The notes: generated by a model not told the origin, from the letters alone. Counted from the stretch's first letter, positions 37,527 to 47,444 are shown. The stretch is 47,657 nt of DNA from Oscillospiraceae bacterium (GCA_029067025.1 JAIEFH010000041.1:1-47657); one strand, 5' to 3'. Numbers and translations are program-made.

Positions 37527-37742
37527 GGCGATCCCCTCACCGTTGTCTCCAACTTGAGTGACTTCATCTTTTCCCTGATCCGCGCCGTGGGCCTGATCCT
37601 GCTGGGTTACGGCATCCTCCAGGTGGGCCTGTCCCTCCAGTCCCACGACCGCTCCCAGCGCTCCAACGGTATGCTCACCATCGCGGGCGGCATTGTGATC
37701 ACCTTTACCCGTGAGATCCTCACCCTGATTACTGGGGCATAA
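37527..37742 (+). pseudogene. ICE small membrane (VirB2/Maff2-like) protein lacking its 5' end
   Basis: GDPLTVVSNLSDFIFSLIRAVG...SHDRSQRSNG; lies between VirD4 and VirB6-like remnants. Confidence 0.6.
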
Positions 37743-37809
37743 AAATAAAACTGTCTCATTGCGCCGGTAAAAAATCTGCGGTATACTGCATGAAAAAGGA
37801 GGGGTTCAA

Positions 37810-38289
37810 ATGGCGCATGAGGAACAGAAAGATTTCAATGCCATGCTGCGTGACAACAAGGATATGCCCAAGATTCAAACCATCATAGACCAGAAAAGCA
37901 TTGAAAAATACGGCGGAAGCAGGATGTACTTTGCCCCGCCCATTGATTACGACACGGTGATGAAGCAGGTCCCCTTCGGACAGGTAATCACGGTGGGGAA
38001 GATCCGGAGCTACTTTGCCCGAAAAAGCGGGGCGGACTTTACCGAGCCGATCACAGCGGGCATCTTCGTGTCCATCGTGGCCTGGGCCAGTTTCCAGCGC
38101 ACAGAGGATGAAACGCCTTATTGGCGGACGTTGAAAGCCAACGGGGAATTAAATTCCAAATATCCAGGCGGCATTGAGGCGCAGAAGGCCGCGCTGGAAG
38201 CCGAGGGGCACACGATCATCCAGAAAGGGAGAACGAACATCAGGTATTTTGTGAAAGATTTTGAGCGTTCACTCTTTGAGTTAGGCTGA
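37810..38289 (+). CDS. MGMT-family / alkyltransferase-like DNA-binding protein
   Basis: QVPFGQVIT, TPYWRTLKANGEL, QKAALEAEGH; W in place of the active-site PCHR motif. Confidence 0.82.
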   Translation: MAHEEQKDFNAMLRDNKDMPKIQTIIDQKSIEKYGGSRMYFAPPIDYDTVMKQVPFGQVITVGKIRSYFARKSGADFTEPITAGIFVSIVAWASFQRTEDETPYWRTLKANGELNSKYPGGIEAQKAALEAEGHTIIQKGRTNIRYFVKDFERSLFELG

Positions 38290-38414
38290 GATACTAACAT
38301 TCATCTATTGCGCACGAAAACAAATATTTTATATCTGTTTCGGCGCATTCAGCACGGGGATAGCCTGGATCGGGCTATCTCCGTGTACTTTTTACAAAAA
38401 TCGAGGTGATAAAC

Positions 38415-38660
38415 ATGGGAAGTGGAAACTGGATTGTCGACAACCTGAACTCCGCCCTGTCCACCTGGAACGACAAGTTGGCGGAGATTTGGACGCTGAT
38501 CTCCACCAGCCCGGAGAATTTCAAGGGCGGCGGGGTGTGGTCGGTGATCGTCAACATCAACGGCGGCCTGAAGGCCGTGGGCTACGCTCTGCTGGTGCTG
38601 TTTTTTGTGATGGGTGTGGTCAAAACCATGGGGAGCTTCGCGGATGTAAAGTTTTTTTAG
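38415..38660 (+). pseudogene. ICE VirB6-like membrane protein, N-terminal fragment
   Basis: NWIVDNLNSALSTWNDKLAEIW...SPENFKGGGVW; abrupt stop at switch to AT-rich DNA. Confidence 0.65.
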
Positions 38661-38772
38661 AGAACATAAACATATAGCAGGCGCTTGCCTTTGGTCTTAC
38701 GGCCACAGGCAGGCGCTTTTATATATCCTCTGGAAATTTTGCGGAGTAGACTTTCAAAATCAGCTATACAGA

Positions 38773-38994
38773 ATGAAAATTCTGGAGGTTTTGGAAAGAA
38801 TACTTTCTTCTGCATCTGAAAGATTTGAAGGGCGAACAGATAATCGGGGCAGCTATGACCTTTTTTTAGGGCTGTATAATACCCCTGACAAAAACGGAGC
38901 TTACCATCCACTGGACGAAATACGCACCATGATGGAGCGACATGGCTTAGAATTTGACCCATTGCTATTTGAAGGAGGGCGAGAAAATGGCTAA
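38773..38994 (+). CDS. Hypothetical protein or fragment translationally coupled to the integrase
   Basis: Stop overlaps integrase start; weak RBS. Confidence 0.4.
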   Translation: MKILEVLERILSSASERFEGRTDNRGSYDLFLGLYNTPDKNGAYHPLDEIRTMMERHGLEFDPLLFEGGRENG

Positions 38995-40141
38995 CATTCA
39001 ACCACGCTATGGCAAGGACGGCAAGCTGATCTCCTATTCCGTCCGTGTCCACCGGGGCCGGGGGCCGGATGGGCGGCAGCTCAAACCCTGGACAGCCACT
39101 TTTGACGTCGCCCCCACCTGGACAGAAAAGAGCGCAAGAAAAAAGGTGGAGGCTTTCGCCGCCACCTTTGAGAAGGAGTGCAGGGAGGGAACCACCAGCG
39201 ACAGCCGGTTAAAGATCGCTGAATACTGCGACTATGTGATTGACCTGAAGGAGCAGCGGGAAACAAAGCATAGCACCATAGTCAGATACAAAGACCTTGC
39301 CGCCCGGATTGCCCCCATCATCGGTCATATCAAGCTGAAAGACCTGCGGGCTGATCATTTGAATAGCCTGTATACCGCCCTTGCCCAACCCGGCCAGAAT
39401 AAGCGCACCGGGGGCGGACTGTCCGCAAAGACCATCTTGGAGCACCACCGGCTTATCTCCACCGTGCTGGATCAGGCCGAAAAGGAAGGGCTTGTCCCTT
39501 TCAATGTGGCAAGCAAGGCCATGCTGCCGAAACAGGTGGAGGCCATCAGGGACGCGCTGGAACAGGAGCCTATCAAGTGGAGAACCATCACGCACCTGTT
39601 CCTCATCACCGGTGCACAGCGTGGGGAAATTCTGGGCTTGAAATGGGATAGGGTAGACTTTGAGGGGAATAGAATCCACATCTGCAACAATGTACTCTAC
39701 AGCGCCGACCGGGGCATTTATGAAAGCACCCCCAAAACGGACGCGTCGAACCGCTTTATCACCCTCCCGCTCGAAACCATGAAGCTGTTGCGCAAATACC
39801 GGGCGTGGCAGAACGAGGAACGGCTTCGCCTGGGGGAATACTGCCAACCCCAGGGCTTTGTATTCTCTCAGGACAACGGGAGGCCCATGCACCCGGACAG
39901 CGTGACGGACTGGCTGAAAAAGTTCAGCAAGCGGCACAACCTCCCTCATATCAATCCCCACGCTTTCCGGCATACAATGGCCTCTATGCTCTACTTCAAC
40001 GGCGTGGACAGCGTGTCCATATCAAAGCGGCTGGACCACGCTCAGGTCAGTACCACCGCCAACATATACGCCCATGTCATGGAGGAGGCCGACCAGCGCA
40101 ACGCCGATATACTGGCCGACGTATTCTTGAAAAAGGCTTGA
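38987..40141 (+). CDS. Tyrosine integrase (ICE/phage type), probably inactivated
   Basis: TGAQRGE, HAFRH, RLDHA, TTANIYAH; AAGGAGG RBS. Confidence 0.88.
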   Translation: MANIQPRYGKDGKLISYSVRVHRGRGPDGRQLKPWTATFDVAPTWTEKSARKKVEAFAATFEKECREGTTSDSRLKIAEYCDYVIDLKEQRETKHSTIVRYKDLAARIAPIIGHIKLKDLRADHLNSLYTALAQPGQNKRTGGGLSAKTILEHHRLISTVLDQAEKEGLVPFNVASKAMLPKQVEAIRDALEQEPIKWRTITHLFLITGAQRGEILGLKWDRVDFEGNRIHICNNVLYSADRGIYESTPKTDASNRFITLPLETMKLLRKYRAWQNEERLRLGEYCQPQGFVFSQDNGRPMHPDSVTDWLKKFSKRHNLPHINPHAFRHTMASMLYFNGVDSVSISKRLDHAQVSTTANIYAHVMEEADQRNADILADVFLKKA

Positions 40142-40250
40142 ATTTTTGGGCGAGTTGAATTAAAGTTGAATTTTTCGAGCGGGCGCAAAATTGAATTATA
40201 CGAAAAAATTATAAAAACAGCCGCTTTCTTATCGAAAACTGCTGCTTTTT

Positions 40251-40264
40251 TGGTGCGAGTGGCG
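40251..40264 (-). other. Putative att core: tRNA 3'-end fragment CGCCACTCGCACCA
   Basis: CCA-ending acceptor-stem strand 110 nt downstream of the integrase. Confidence 0.55.
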
Positions 40265-40478
40265 ATATAGGATTTACCTCGAAACCCAGTCATACCAACG
40301 GTTTGCGGGCAATTGAGCAGCAGTATTTACGCAAAAAACCAAATATCAGCTATGGATTTTTGGGGCGTTCCAGCGATGGAGCGTCCTTTTTTCTTGCCCC
40401 AACGCCGGGAGGAGAGAGCCTCACCGTTGACAAGATTTTTCCGTATACCATTTTATTTTTAGAGGGAGGTCGAAACCC

Positions 40479-41549
40479 ATGAACGCCCAAGTGGTGGCAC
40501 TTGTCAACCAAAAGGGGGGCGTCGGCAAATCGACAACTTGTGTAAACCTCGGCGTGGGACTGGCCCAAGCCGGAAAAAAGGTCCTCCTGGTGGACTGTGA
40601 CCCCCAGGCCAGCATGACCATCAGCCTGGGCCATTCCCAGCCGGACACCCTGCCCGTTACCCTTTCGGACGTGATGGGTAAGGTGCTGAACGATCAGCCC
40701 ATCGCTCCTGGCGAGGGCATCCTGCATCATGCGGAGGGGGTGGACCTCATGCCCTCGGATATTCAGCTCTCCGGCATGGAGGTATCGTTGGTGAACGCCA
40801 TGAGCCGCGAGACTATCCTGCGGCAGTACCTGGACACTGTTCGGAAGCAGTACACCCATATCCTGCTGGACTGTCAGCCGTCCCTGGGTATGCTCACCGT
40901 CAACGCCCTGGCCGCTGCCAATCGCCTAATCGTCCCCGTCCAAGCGGAGTATGAATACACCATCTGCAAGGTAAAGCTGACCAATTTTGACCTGTCCCAT
41001 CTGCCCGTCTATGTGCTGGACGAGGATGGGATGCACCTCTACGCCACCTATATGGCTACTCTGGGCAACCGCCCGGACCTGTTTCCCACCAGCGAATACC
41101 CCAACGCTTCCCAGCGGGAGGACTATCTGGACTATGACGTGCCCCCGGAGGCATTGAAGGATGAAGTGTTCGCCGCCATGCTCAAAGAGGCGGAGAAGTA
41201 TTTGGGCTTCCCATACGTTTGGGGCGGCACCAATCCCTCCACTTCCTTCGACTGTTCCGGCTATGTGTCCTGGGTTATCAATCACAGCGGCTGGAATTAT
41301 GGGCGGCTGGGAGTGATCGGTCTGGAAAACGTCTGCACCCCGGTGTCCAGGGCCAACGCCAAACCCGGCGATTTGGTGTTCTTCATCGGCACCTACGACG
41401 CGCCGTACCCTGACCGGCCATCCCATGTAGGTATCTATGTGGGCAATGGGATGATGATTCATTGCGGATCGCCCATTTCCTACGCCAACATCAACACCCC
41501 GTACTGGCAAAACCATTTCTATTCGTTTGGCCGCTTACGGGAGCCATGA
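40479..41549 (+). pseudogene. Chimeric ORF: ParA/Soj N-terminal part fused to ICE NlpC/P60 hydrolase C-terminal part
   Basis: NQKGGVGKST...VPVQAEY, then YPYVWGG-like FPYVWGG, FDCSGYV, SHVGIYVG; junction about 40952. Confidence 0.85.
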
Positions 41550-41565
41550 AAGGAGTTTTATCCCT

Positions 41566-41793
41566 ATGAATCCCAAAATCAAGAAGATCAACGCAGAGTA
41601 TCAGAAAAACGCCGCCAAAATTGACGAGCTGCAAGCGCGGCAGGCGGAGCTGACCAAGCAGCGCACCGAACTGGAAAATCTGGACATCATCGGTATGGTG
41701 CGGAGCATGGGCCTGGATCCGGACCAGCTCGCCGCGCTCATCCACGCCGCCCGCCCGGTGGGACAGGAGGAAGCCGACCATGGGGAAATGTAA
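41566..41793 (+). CDS. DUF4315 family ICE protein
   Basis: MNPKIKKI...QRTELENLDIIGMVR; follows NlpC gene as in Clostridial ICEs. Confidence 0.8.
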   Translation: MNPKIKKINAEYQKNAAKIDELQARQAELTKQRTELENLDIIGMVRSMGLDPDQLAALIHAARPVGQEEADHGEM

Positions 41794-42565
41794 GCACCTC
41801 CTGACCATGGTGCTGACGGCGGTGCTGTGCTGTACCATGCTGCCCGTCACCGCCTTTGCTGGTGGCGGGCCGGAGGACGGGAGTGACAAGGTTTTGGAAT
41901 ACTGGAGCCAGGGGTCCACCCCGCCGCAGGACGTGGAGCAGACGGGCCAGCCTCCCACCGATCCGTCCGTCCAGCCCACCACCCAGCCGGGAGAGCCGTT
42001 GTCCCAGGGCAGCGAGTTCTCCACCCGCGACCTGCTGTATGACAAGGACACGCACAAGCAGTTCATCACCGTGGAGGGTCGAGATGGGAATATCTTCTAC
42101 ATCGTGATTGACTACGACGCCCCGATAAACGAGAAAGAGGAACAGTATCAGACCTATTTCTTGAACAAGGTGGACGAGGCTGATCTGGCCGCGCTGGTAG
42201 AGCAGGGCCAACCCGCCGCCTGTTCCTGCACCGACAAATGCCATGCCGGGGCGGTGAATACCTCCTGCCCGCTGTGCGCGGTGAACATGACCGAGTGCGT
42301 GGGCAAGGAGCCGGAGCCGTCTGCCCCGGTGGAATCGGAGCAGCCGGACATCGACCCGGAGCCGGTGAAAAAGGCTGGCGGTGACGGGCTTCTGTTGGTG
42401 GTCCTGGCGGTAGCCCTGGCCGGGGGCGGTGTGGTCTATTTCTTGAAATTCAAGAAGAAAAAGCCCGACACCAAGGGCAGCGCCGATCTGGACGACTACG
42501 ATTATGGCGACGAGGACGAGTACAGCGACGCCGGAGACGAGCCGGAGGACGGAGAGGACGTGTAA
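41780..42565 (+). CDS. DUF4366 family ICE surface protein
   Basis: KQFITVE...FYIVIDYD...YFLNKVDEADL, Cys cluster, C-terminal TM and acidic tail. Confidence 0.8.
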   Translation: MGKCKHLLTMVLTAVLCCTMLPVTAFAGGGPEDGSDKVLEYWSQGSTPPQDVEQTGQPPTDPSVQPTTQPGEPLSQGSEFSTRDLLYDKDTHKQFITVEGRDGNIFYIVIDYDAPINEKEEQYQTYFLNKVDEADLAALVEQGQPAACSCTDKCHAGAVNTSCPLCAVNMTECVGKEPEPSAPVESEQPDIDPEPVKKAGGDGLLLVVLAVALAGGGVVYFLKFKKKKPDTKGSADLDDYDYGDEDEYSDAGDEPEDGEDV

Positions 42566-42570
42566 TATAC

Positions 42571-42605
42571 ATATGGAGCGGCCCCGAAACGGGACCGCTC
42601 CATAT
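42571..42605. terminator. Hairpin between convergent genes
   Basis: ATATGGAGCGG...CCGCTCCATAT. Confidence 0.75.
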
Positions 42606-42928
42606 TAAAAGTACATTGTTTTCAGCAGTTTCGGGTAATCCGTGGAGCCGTGGACGATGTGATAAATTACGATGGTATCTCCAAACTGGCGATAAAAAAT
42701 CAGGTATTTGCCTGATGAAATATAACGATACCCGGCAACGCTGAGCTGTTCATCGCGTATTGGAGGGCCGGACATGGGAAACAGCGTCACTTGATCCATG
42801 GCGGCATAGATTTTATCGGTTATGTCACGGGCGGACTTTGGCCCGGACAACGCCATGTGTATTCGGGCAATTTCCTCCAGCTCCGCCTGTGCAGGGGGGA
42901 GAATGTCCAAATTACATTTCCTGCCCAT
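42605..42928 (-). CDS. Type II toxin, RelE/ParE family
   Basis: PAQAELEEI, LFPMSG, GYRYI..KYLIFYR..IYHIVHG. Confidence 0.88.
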   Translation of the reverse strand: MGRKCNLDILPPAQAELEEIARIHMALSGPKSARDITDKIYAAMDQVTLFPMSGPPIRDEQLSVAGYRYISSGKYLIFYRQFGDTIVIYHIVHGSTDYPKLLKTMYF

Positions 42929-43181
42929 AGATGGCCTCCAAACGTCTGCGGGATTCCTCCATAGAAATAGCAGGCTGCCCGGACAGTCTGGATTGCTCCG
43001 CTGCTTCCAGCTTTGCCCGCAGTTTGTAAATTTCCTCCCTGCGCTCAAAAGCCTCAATGCTCATGACTACCAGATCACCCTCACCATTTTTGGTGATATA
43101 GATTGGGGTATCATCCTCATGCGCCATGTCAGAAATGGTGCCATATTCGTTTCGTAACGCAGTAGACGGTTTAATGACCAT
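42912..43181 (-). CDS. Type II antitoxin, Phd/YefM family
   Basis: IKPSTALRNEY, PIYITKNGEGDLVVMSIEAF. Confidence 0.9.
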   Translation of the reverse strand: MVIKPSTALRNEYGTISDMAHEDDTPIYITKNGEGDLVVMSIEAFERREEIYKLRAKLEAAEQSRLSGQPAISMEESRRRLEAIYGQEM

Positions 43182-43279
43182 CACAATCCCTCCTTCACAA
43201 TTATTCTGATAATATTCTATCATCATTCTTCCGTAACTGCAACCCACTTATTCTAACTTTGATAGGAGTGTGAAAAATT

Positions 43280-45325
43280 TTGTACCGACTTGTGATCGCG
43301 GAGAAACTCTCGGTTGCCATGAGCATTGCCAAGGTGCTGGGGGCCACGGCCCGGAGGGAGGGCCACATGGAGGGCGGCGGCTGGCTGGTGAGCTGGTGCG
43401 TCGGCCATCTGGCGGGGCTGGCCGAGCCTGCGGCCTATGACCCCAGGTACGACAAGTGGCGGCGGGAGGACCTGCCCATCCTGCCGGAAAACTGGCGCTT
43501 CACCATCGGGCGGGACAAGCGGGAGCAGTTTGACGTTCTGCGGACCCTGCTTCGCCGGGAGGACGTGTCCGAGGTGGTGAACGCCTGTGACGCTGGGCGC
43601 GAGGGAGAGCTGATCTTCCGCACCGCCTATCATCTGTCGGGCTACACCAAGCCCATGAAACGGCTGTGGATCAGCAGCATGGAGGACAGCGCCATCCGGG
43701 AGGGCTTCGCCAACCTCCGCTCCGGCCACGACTATGACGGCCTGCACCAAGCGGCCCTGTGCCGGATGAAAGCGGATTGGCTGGTGGGCATCAATGCCAC
43801 GCGGCTGTTCTCGGTGCTGTATGGCCGGACGCTGAACATTGGGCGTGTCATGTCCCCCACGCTGGCCCTCATTGCCCAGCGGGAGGCGGAGATTGCCGCC
43901 TTTGAGCCGGTGCCGTTCTATACGGTGGAGCTGACCTGCGGCGGCTTGACCGTCACCGGGGAGCGAATCGCCGTCAAAGAGGACGCCGCCGCCATTGCCG
44001 CCGCCTGCGGGGGCGTCACCGCCAGCGTCCAGACGGTGGAGCGCCAGGATAAGTCCGAGCGGCCCCCAGCCCTCTACGACCTGACCACCCTCCAGCGCGA
44101 CACCAACCGTGCCCTGGGCTATACCGCCCAGCAGACGTTGGACTATCTGCAAGCCCTCTATGAAAAGAAGCTGTGTACTTACCCCCGGACGGACAGCCGG
44201 TATTTGACGGACGATATGGAGAGCACCGTCCCCGCATTGGTGTCCGCCGCCGCTGTGATCTGTGAACTGGACGCACCGGGGAATGTGCTGTCTGCCCAGG
44301 TGTGCAATAGTGGGAGAGTCACCGACCACCACGCTGTTGTCCCCACCCGGAGCGCCGCCGATGCGGACCTCGCCGCCCTGCCCCTGGGGGAACGGGAAAT
44401 CCTGCGGCTGGTGGCGCTGGGGCTGCTTCGGGCGGTCTGTCCGCCCCATCGGTACGCCGAGACCGCTGTGACGATGGAGTGTGGCGGGCACAGCTTCACC
44501 ACAAAGGGAAAAATGGTGCTTGACGCGGGCTGGAAAGCCTACGCTGAGCCGACCAAGGACGCCGCCCTGCCGGACGATCTGGCCCAAGGCCAGACGCTGG
44601 CGGTGGATGCAGTCCAGGTGAAGGAGGGCAAAACGACCCCGCACAAGCATTACACGGAGGACACCATTCTGGCAAGCATGGAGAGCGCCGGGGCGGAGGA
44701 TATGCCGGAGGACGCCGAACGGAAGGGCATCGGCACCCCCGCCACCCGCGCCGCCATTCTGGAAAAGCTGGTGGCCACCGGGCTGGTGGAGCGGAAAAAA
44801 GCCCGGAAGATCACCAGCCTCGTGCCCACCCAGGCGGGCAGTTCCCTGGTGGCCGTTCTGCCGGAAGCTCTGCAATCGCCCCTGCTGACCGCTGATTGGG
44901 AGGGACGGCTGGGCCAAGTGGAGCGCGGGGAGCTGTCCCCGGAGGACTTCATGGAGGGCATCGCCGCCATGGTGAAGGAGCTGGTGAAAACCTATCAGCC
45001 TGTTCCCGGCGCGGCGGTGTTGTTTCCCTCGGAGCGGGAGACTGTCGGCCCCTGTCCCCGGTGCGGCGGCGCTGTGACCGAGAGGAAAAAGGGCTTTTTC
45101 TGTGAAAATTGGGAGTGCCGCTTTGCCCTGTGGAAAGACAGCAAGTTTTTCACCGCCAAGAAAAAGACGCTCACCAAAACCGTTGCCGCCGCCCTGCTGA
45201 ACAAGGGCCGGGTGAAGCTCACCGGCTGCTACTCGGAGAAAACCGGGAAAACCTACGATGCCACGGTGGTGTTGGAGGACGATGGAGCCAGGGCAAATTA
45301 CAAGCTGGTGTTCGACCATGGCTGA
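43280..45325 (+). CDS. topB: ICE-borne DNA topoisomerase III
   Basis: LVIAEK, NACDAGREGE, GRVMSPTL, TYPRTDS, GIGTPATRA, C-terminal CPRCG zinc ribbon. Confidence 0.9.
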   Translation: MYRLVIAEKLSVAMSIAKVLGATARREGHMEGGGWLVSWCVGHLAGLAEPAAYDPRYDKWRREDLPILPENWRFTIGRDKREQFDVLRTLLRREDVSEVVNACDAGREGELIFRTAYHLSGYTKPMKRLWISSMEDSAIREGFANLRSGHDYDGLHQAALCRMKADWLVGINATRLFSVLYGRTLNIGRVMSPTLALIAQREAEIAAFEPVPFYTVELTCGGLTVTGERIAVKEDAAAIAAACGGVTASVQTVERQDKSERPPALYDLTTLQRDTNRALGYTAQQTLDYLQALYEKKLCTYPRTDSRYLTDDMESTVPALVSAAAVICELDAPGNVLSAQVCNSGRVTDHHAVVPTRSAADADLAALPLGEREILRLVALGLLRAVCPPHRYAETAVTMECGGHSFTTKGKMVLDAGWKAYAEPTKDAALPDDLAQGQTLAVDAVQVKEGKTTPHKHYTEDTILASMESAGAEDMPEDAERKGIGTPATRAAILEKLVATGLVERKKARKITSLVPTQAGSSLVAVLPEALQSPLLTADWEGRLGQVERGELSPEDFMEGIAAMVKELVKTYQPVPGAAVLFPSERETVGPCPRCGGAVTERKKGFFCENWECRFALWKDSKFFTAKKKTLTKTVAAALLNKGRVKLTGCYSEKTGKTYDATVVLEDDGARANYKLVFDHG

Positions 45326-45416
45326 CCTGCCACGGATGAACGAGGAACAGTCCCGCAGGGTAAAAAAGCTCATCCGCCGTCTGTGTGCCAACCATGACGG
45401 CGGCTATACCGCATGA
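45318..45416 (+). pseudogene. Cysteine-rich VLP-domain protein, N-terminal fragment
   Basis: Own translation MADLPRMNEEQSRRVKKLIRRLCANHDGG. Confidence 0.6.
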
Positions 45417-46303
45417 GCCTGGACGGGATGGGGGTGGAGCAGATCGCTGACGCCCTCAGTAAAGAGGAAATCCTGACCCCGCGCTTTTATTGGCAGGCCA
45501 AAGGCATCCAGCGGGCCGGGAAGCCGCCCAAGTATGGCCCCTGCCACTGGAACAGCTCCACCGTTACTAAAATCCTCACCCTGCAAGAATATTGCGGCGA
45601 TGTTCTCAATTTCAAGACCTACTCCAAGTCCTACAAAAACAAGCGCCGCATTGAAAATGACCGCGAAAATTGGGCCATCTTCAAGGATGTGCATGAGGCC
45701 ATCATTGACCGCGCCACCTGGGAGAAAATCCAGGAGCGGCGGGGGAAGGTCCGTAAGCGCCGCACCCATGAGGGCGAGAAGCATATGTTTTCCGGGCTTT
45801 TAGTCTGTGCGGACTGTGGCAATAACCTTCACTTCCATTTCAACCAGGGCAACCCGGAGATCGAGTATTTTAACTGCTCCAACTACAAGGGCAACCGGGG
45901 GACTTGTTCCTCCACGCACTATATCCGGGCTGACTTTCTGGAGCAGATCGTGCTGGCCAAGATTAGGCGGTTGACCCGCTTTGTCTGCCACTACGAGAAG
46001 GAGTTCGCCGCGCTGATGATGGGCTTCACCCAGCAGGCGGCAGAGGATGAGCGAAAGCTCATTCAGAAGGAGCTGGATGCCGCAAAAGCCCGCGACCGGG
46101 AGCTTGATTCCTTGTTTGAGCGTATTTATGAGGACAATGTGGCCGGTAAGCTGAGTGACGAGCGTTTTTCCAGAATGTCCACCAAGTATGAGGACGAACA
46201 GAAGGAACTCCGAACCAAGGTCAAGACCTTGCAGGAGGGCATTGAACGCACCAAGAGCAAGGCTGTGACGGCGGATATGTTCATCTCGTCTGTCCGCAAG
46301 TAC
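45405..46303 (+). pseudogene. TnpX/TndX-like serine recombinase lacking the catalytic N-terminus
   Basis: WNSSTVTKIL..EYCGD, VHEAIID, FSGLLVCADCG, YEDNVAGKLSDERF, FISSVRKY. Confidence 0.85.
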
Positions 46304-46470
46304 CTTACCAACTGCTCTGCCATTGACGCTGAACTGGAGGGGCTGTTCCAGGAGATCGAGGTGGTGACAGAGCTGACCCAGCGGTGTATTCATGAAAACG
46401 CCCGGAGCGCCCAGAGCCAGGAGGAGTACGCTGAACGCTACAACGGCTATGTGACCCGGTATGAGGGGCT
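46304..46470 (+). pseudogene. Coiled-coil fragment of a second (prophage-type) serine recombinase
   Basis: LTNCSAIDAEL...EIEVVTELTQRCIHENA..AQSQEEY..RYNG. Confidence 0.6.
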
Positions 46471-46567
46471 TATCATGGCAGACCACAAGCTGGTGGTGGA
46501 TGCCACCGGCATCCCGTACAGCATCACCGAGCGCGGAGCGGCGGACGACATCGTTGCCGACCGCTAT

Positions 46568-46828
46568 CCCCAGCCAGCGGGACAGGCACACACGCTCGAA
46601 TTGGGCATTGAAGGCCCACTTAGTCACGGTGGGGTCAGTGAGGGCAGAGCGCACCTCGGCGGGGAGCTGCTCCCCAACGGTGAAGTCCACCACCCGAACA
46701 GGACCGCTGTCCGCCGAGTAGCCGAACAGCAGGATTTCAAAATCCGGCGAGGACGCATACCTATACACGCCGCATTTGTTGAGCGGAGCAGAGGAAAACG
46801 ACTCGATATCGATGGATAAATGTTTCAT
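46568..46828 (-). pseudogene. Phage family-A DNA polymerase, truncated after the start of the exonuclease domain
   Basis: LSIDIESFSS..L.KCGVYRY, FEILLFGYS, KWAFNAQFERVCLSR; AAGGAGG RBS. Confidence 0.85.
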
Positions 46829-46891
46829 ACTGCCTCCTTCCAGCGCCAAAGGGCAGCGGAGCCGAAGCCCCGCCACCCGGCGCACATGGTC

Positions 46892-47440
46892 TTAGGAGAG
46901 AAAATCATCGTCCAGATCGGTGGCGAAATCATCAGCGGCGGAGGTGCGGCCGCTGAGAGGCTCCCCGTCCCGGACCTTCTGGATGTTGCCCAGGCCGCAG
47001 GCGATACCCTTGTTGCCATTGGTGTTGAAGGCGTAGAAATTGATGGACACACGGGCGTAGCAGCCGGAGTAGACCTCGGAGCGGTCCAGGATGGGCTGGA
47101 CGGCCTTGTCCACGATCTGGGGAGCGGTGGTGCTGTTGGCGTTGACGAAGTAGGCCCCCTTGTACGCCTCGTCATCCCGCTCGGCGTCGCCGTCCCGGAG
47201 GGGCAGCTTCAGAGCGCCCTTGGGCGGGACCTTGCCGCCGAACTTCGCCACACCCTCCTTGATGGCAGCATCCACGGCGGCATTGATGGCGGCGATGGTC
47301 TTGGTGTCGCTCTTGGGGATGATGAGGGACACACTGTACTTGGGGTTGCTGCCGTTGATGGAGGCAGGCTCCCAGACGTGTTCATAGGACAGCCGGACGA
47401 TGCCGGTGACCACCTTGGTGTTGGATTTCTGAGTAGGCAT
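46892..47440 (-). CDS. DUF2815 family phage ssDNA-binding protein
   Basis: VRLSYEHVWEP, KYSVSLIIPK, LPLRDGD, VYSGCYARVS, GIACGLGNIQK, acidic tail. Confidence 0.9.
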   Translation of the reverse strand: MPTQKSNTKVVTGIVRLSYEHVWEPASINGSNPKYSVSLIIPKSDTKTIAAINAAVDAAIKEGVAKFGGKVPPKGALKLPLRDGDAERDDEAYKGAYFVNANSTTAPQIVDKAVQPILDRSEVYSGCYARVSINFYAFNTNGNKGIACGLGNIQKVRDGEPLSGRTSAADDFATDLDDDFLS

Positions 47441-47444
47441 GGAA

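Noticed and set aside
43253-45391. Long antisense ORFs (712 aa here; also 5650-7296, 19455-21062, 14699-16027, 17357-18502)
   Set aside because: Shadow frames of GC-rich genuine genes, with no RBS or protein motifs.
45800-46885. 361-aa ORF as a complete phage DNA polymerase
   Set aside because: Polymerase similarity ends at about 46568; the rest is antisense to recombinase fragments.
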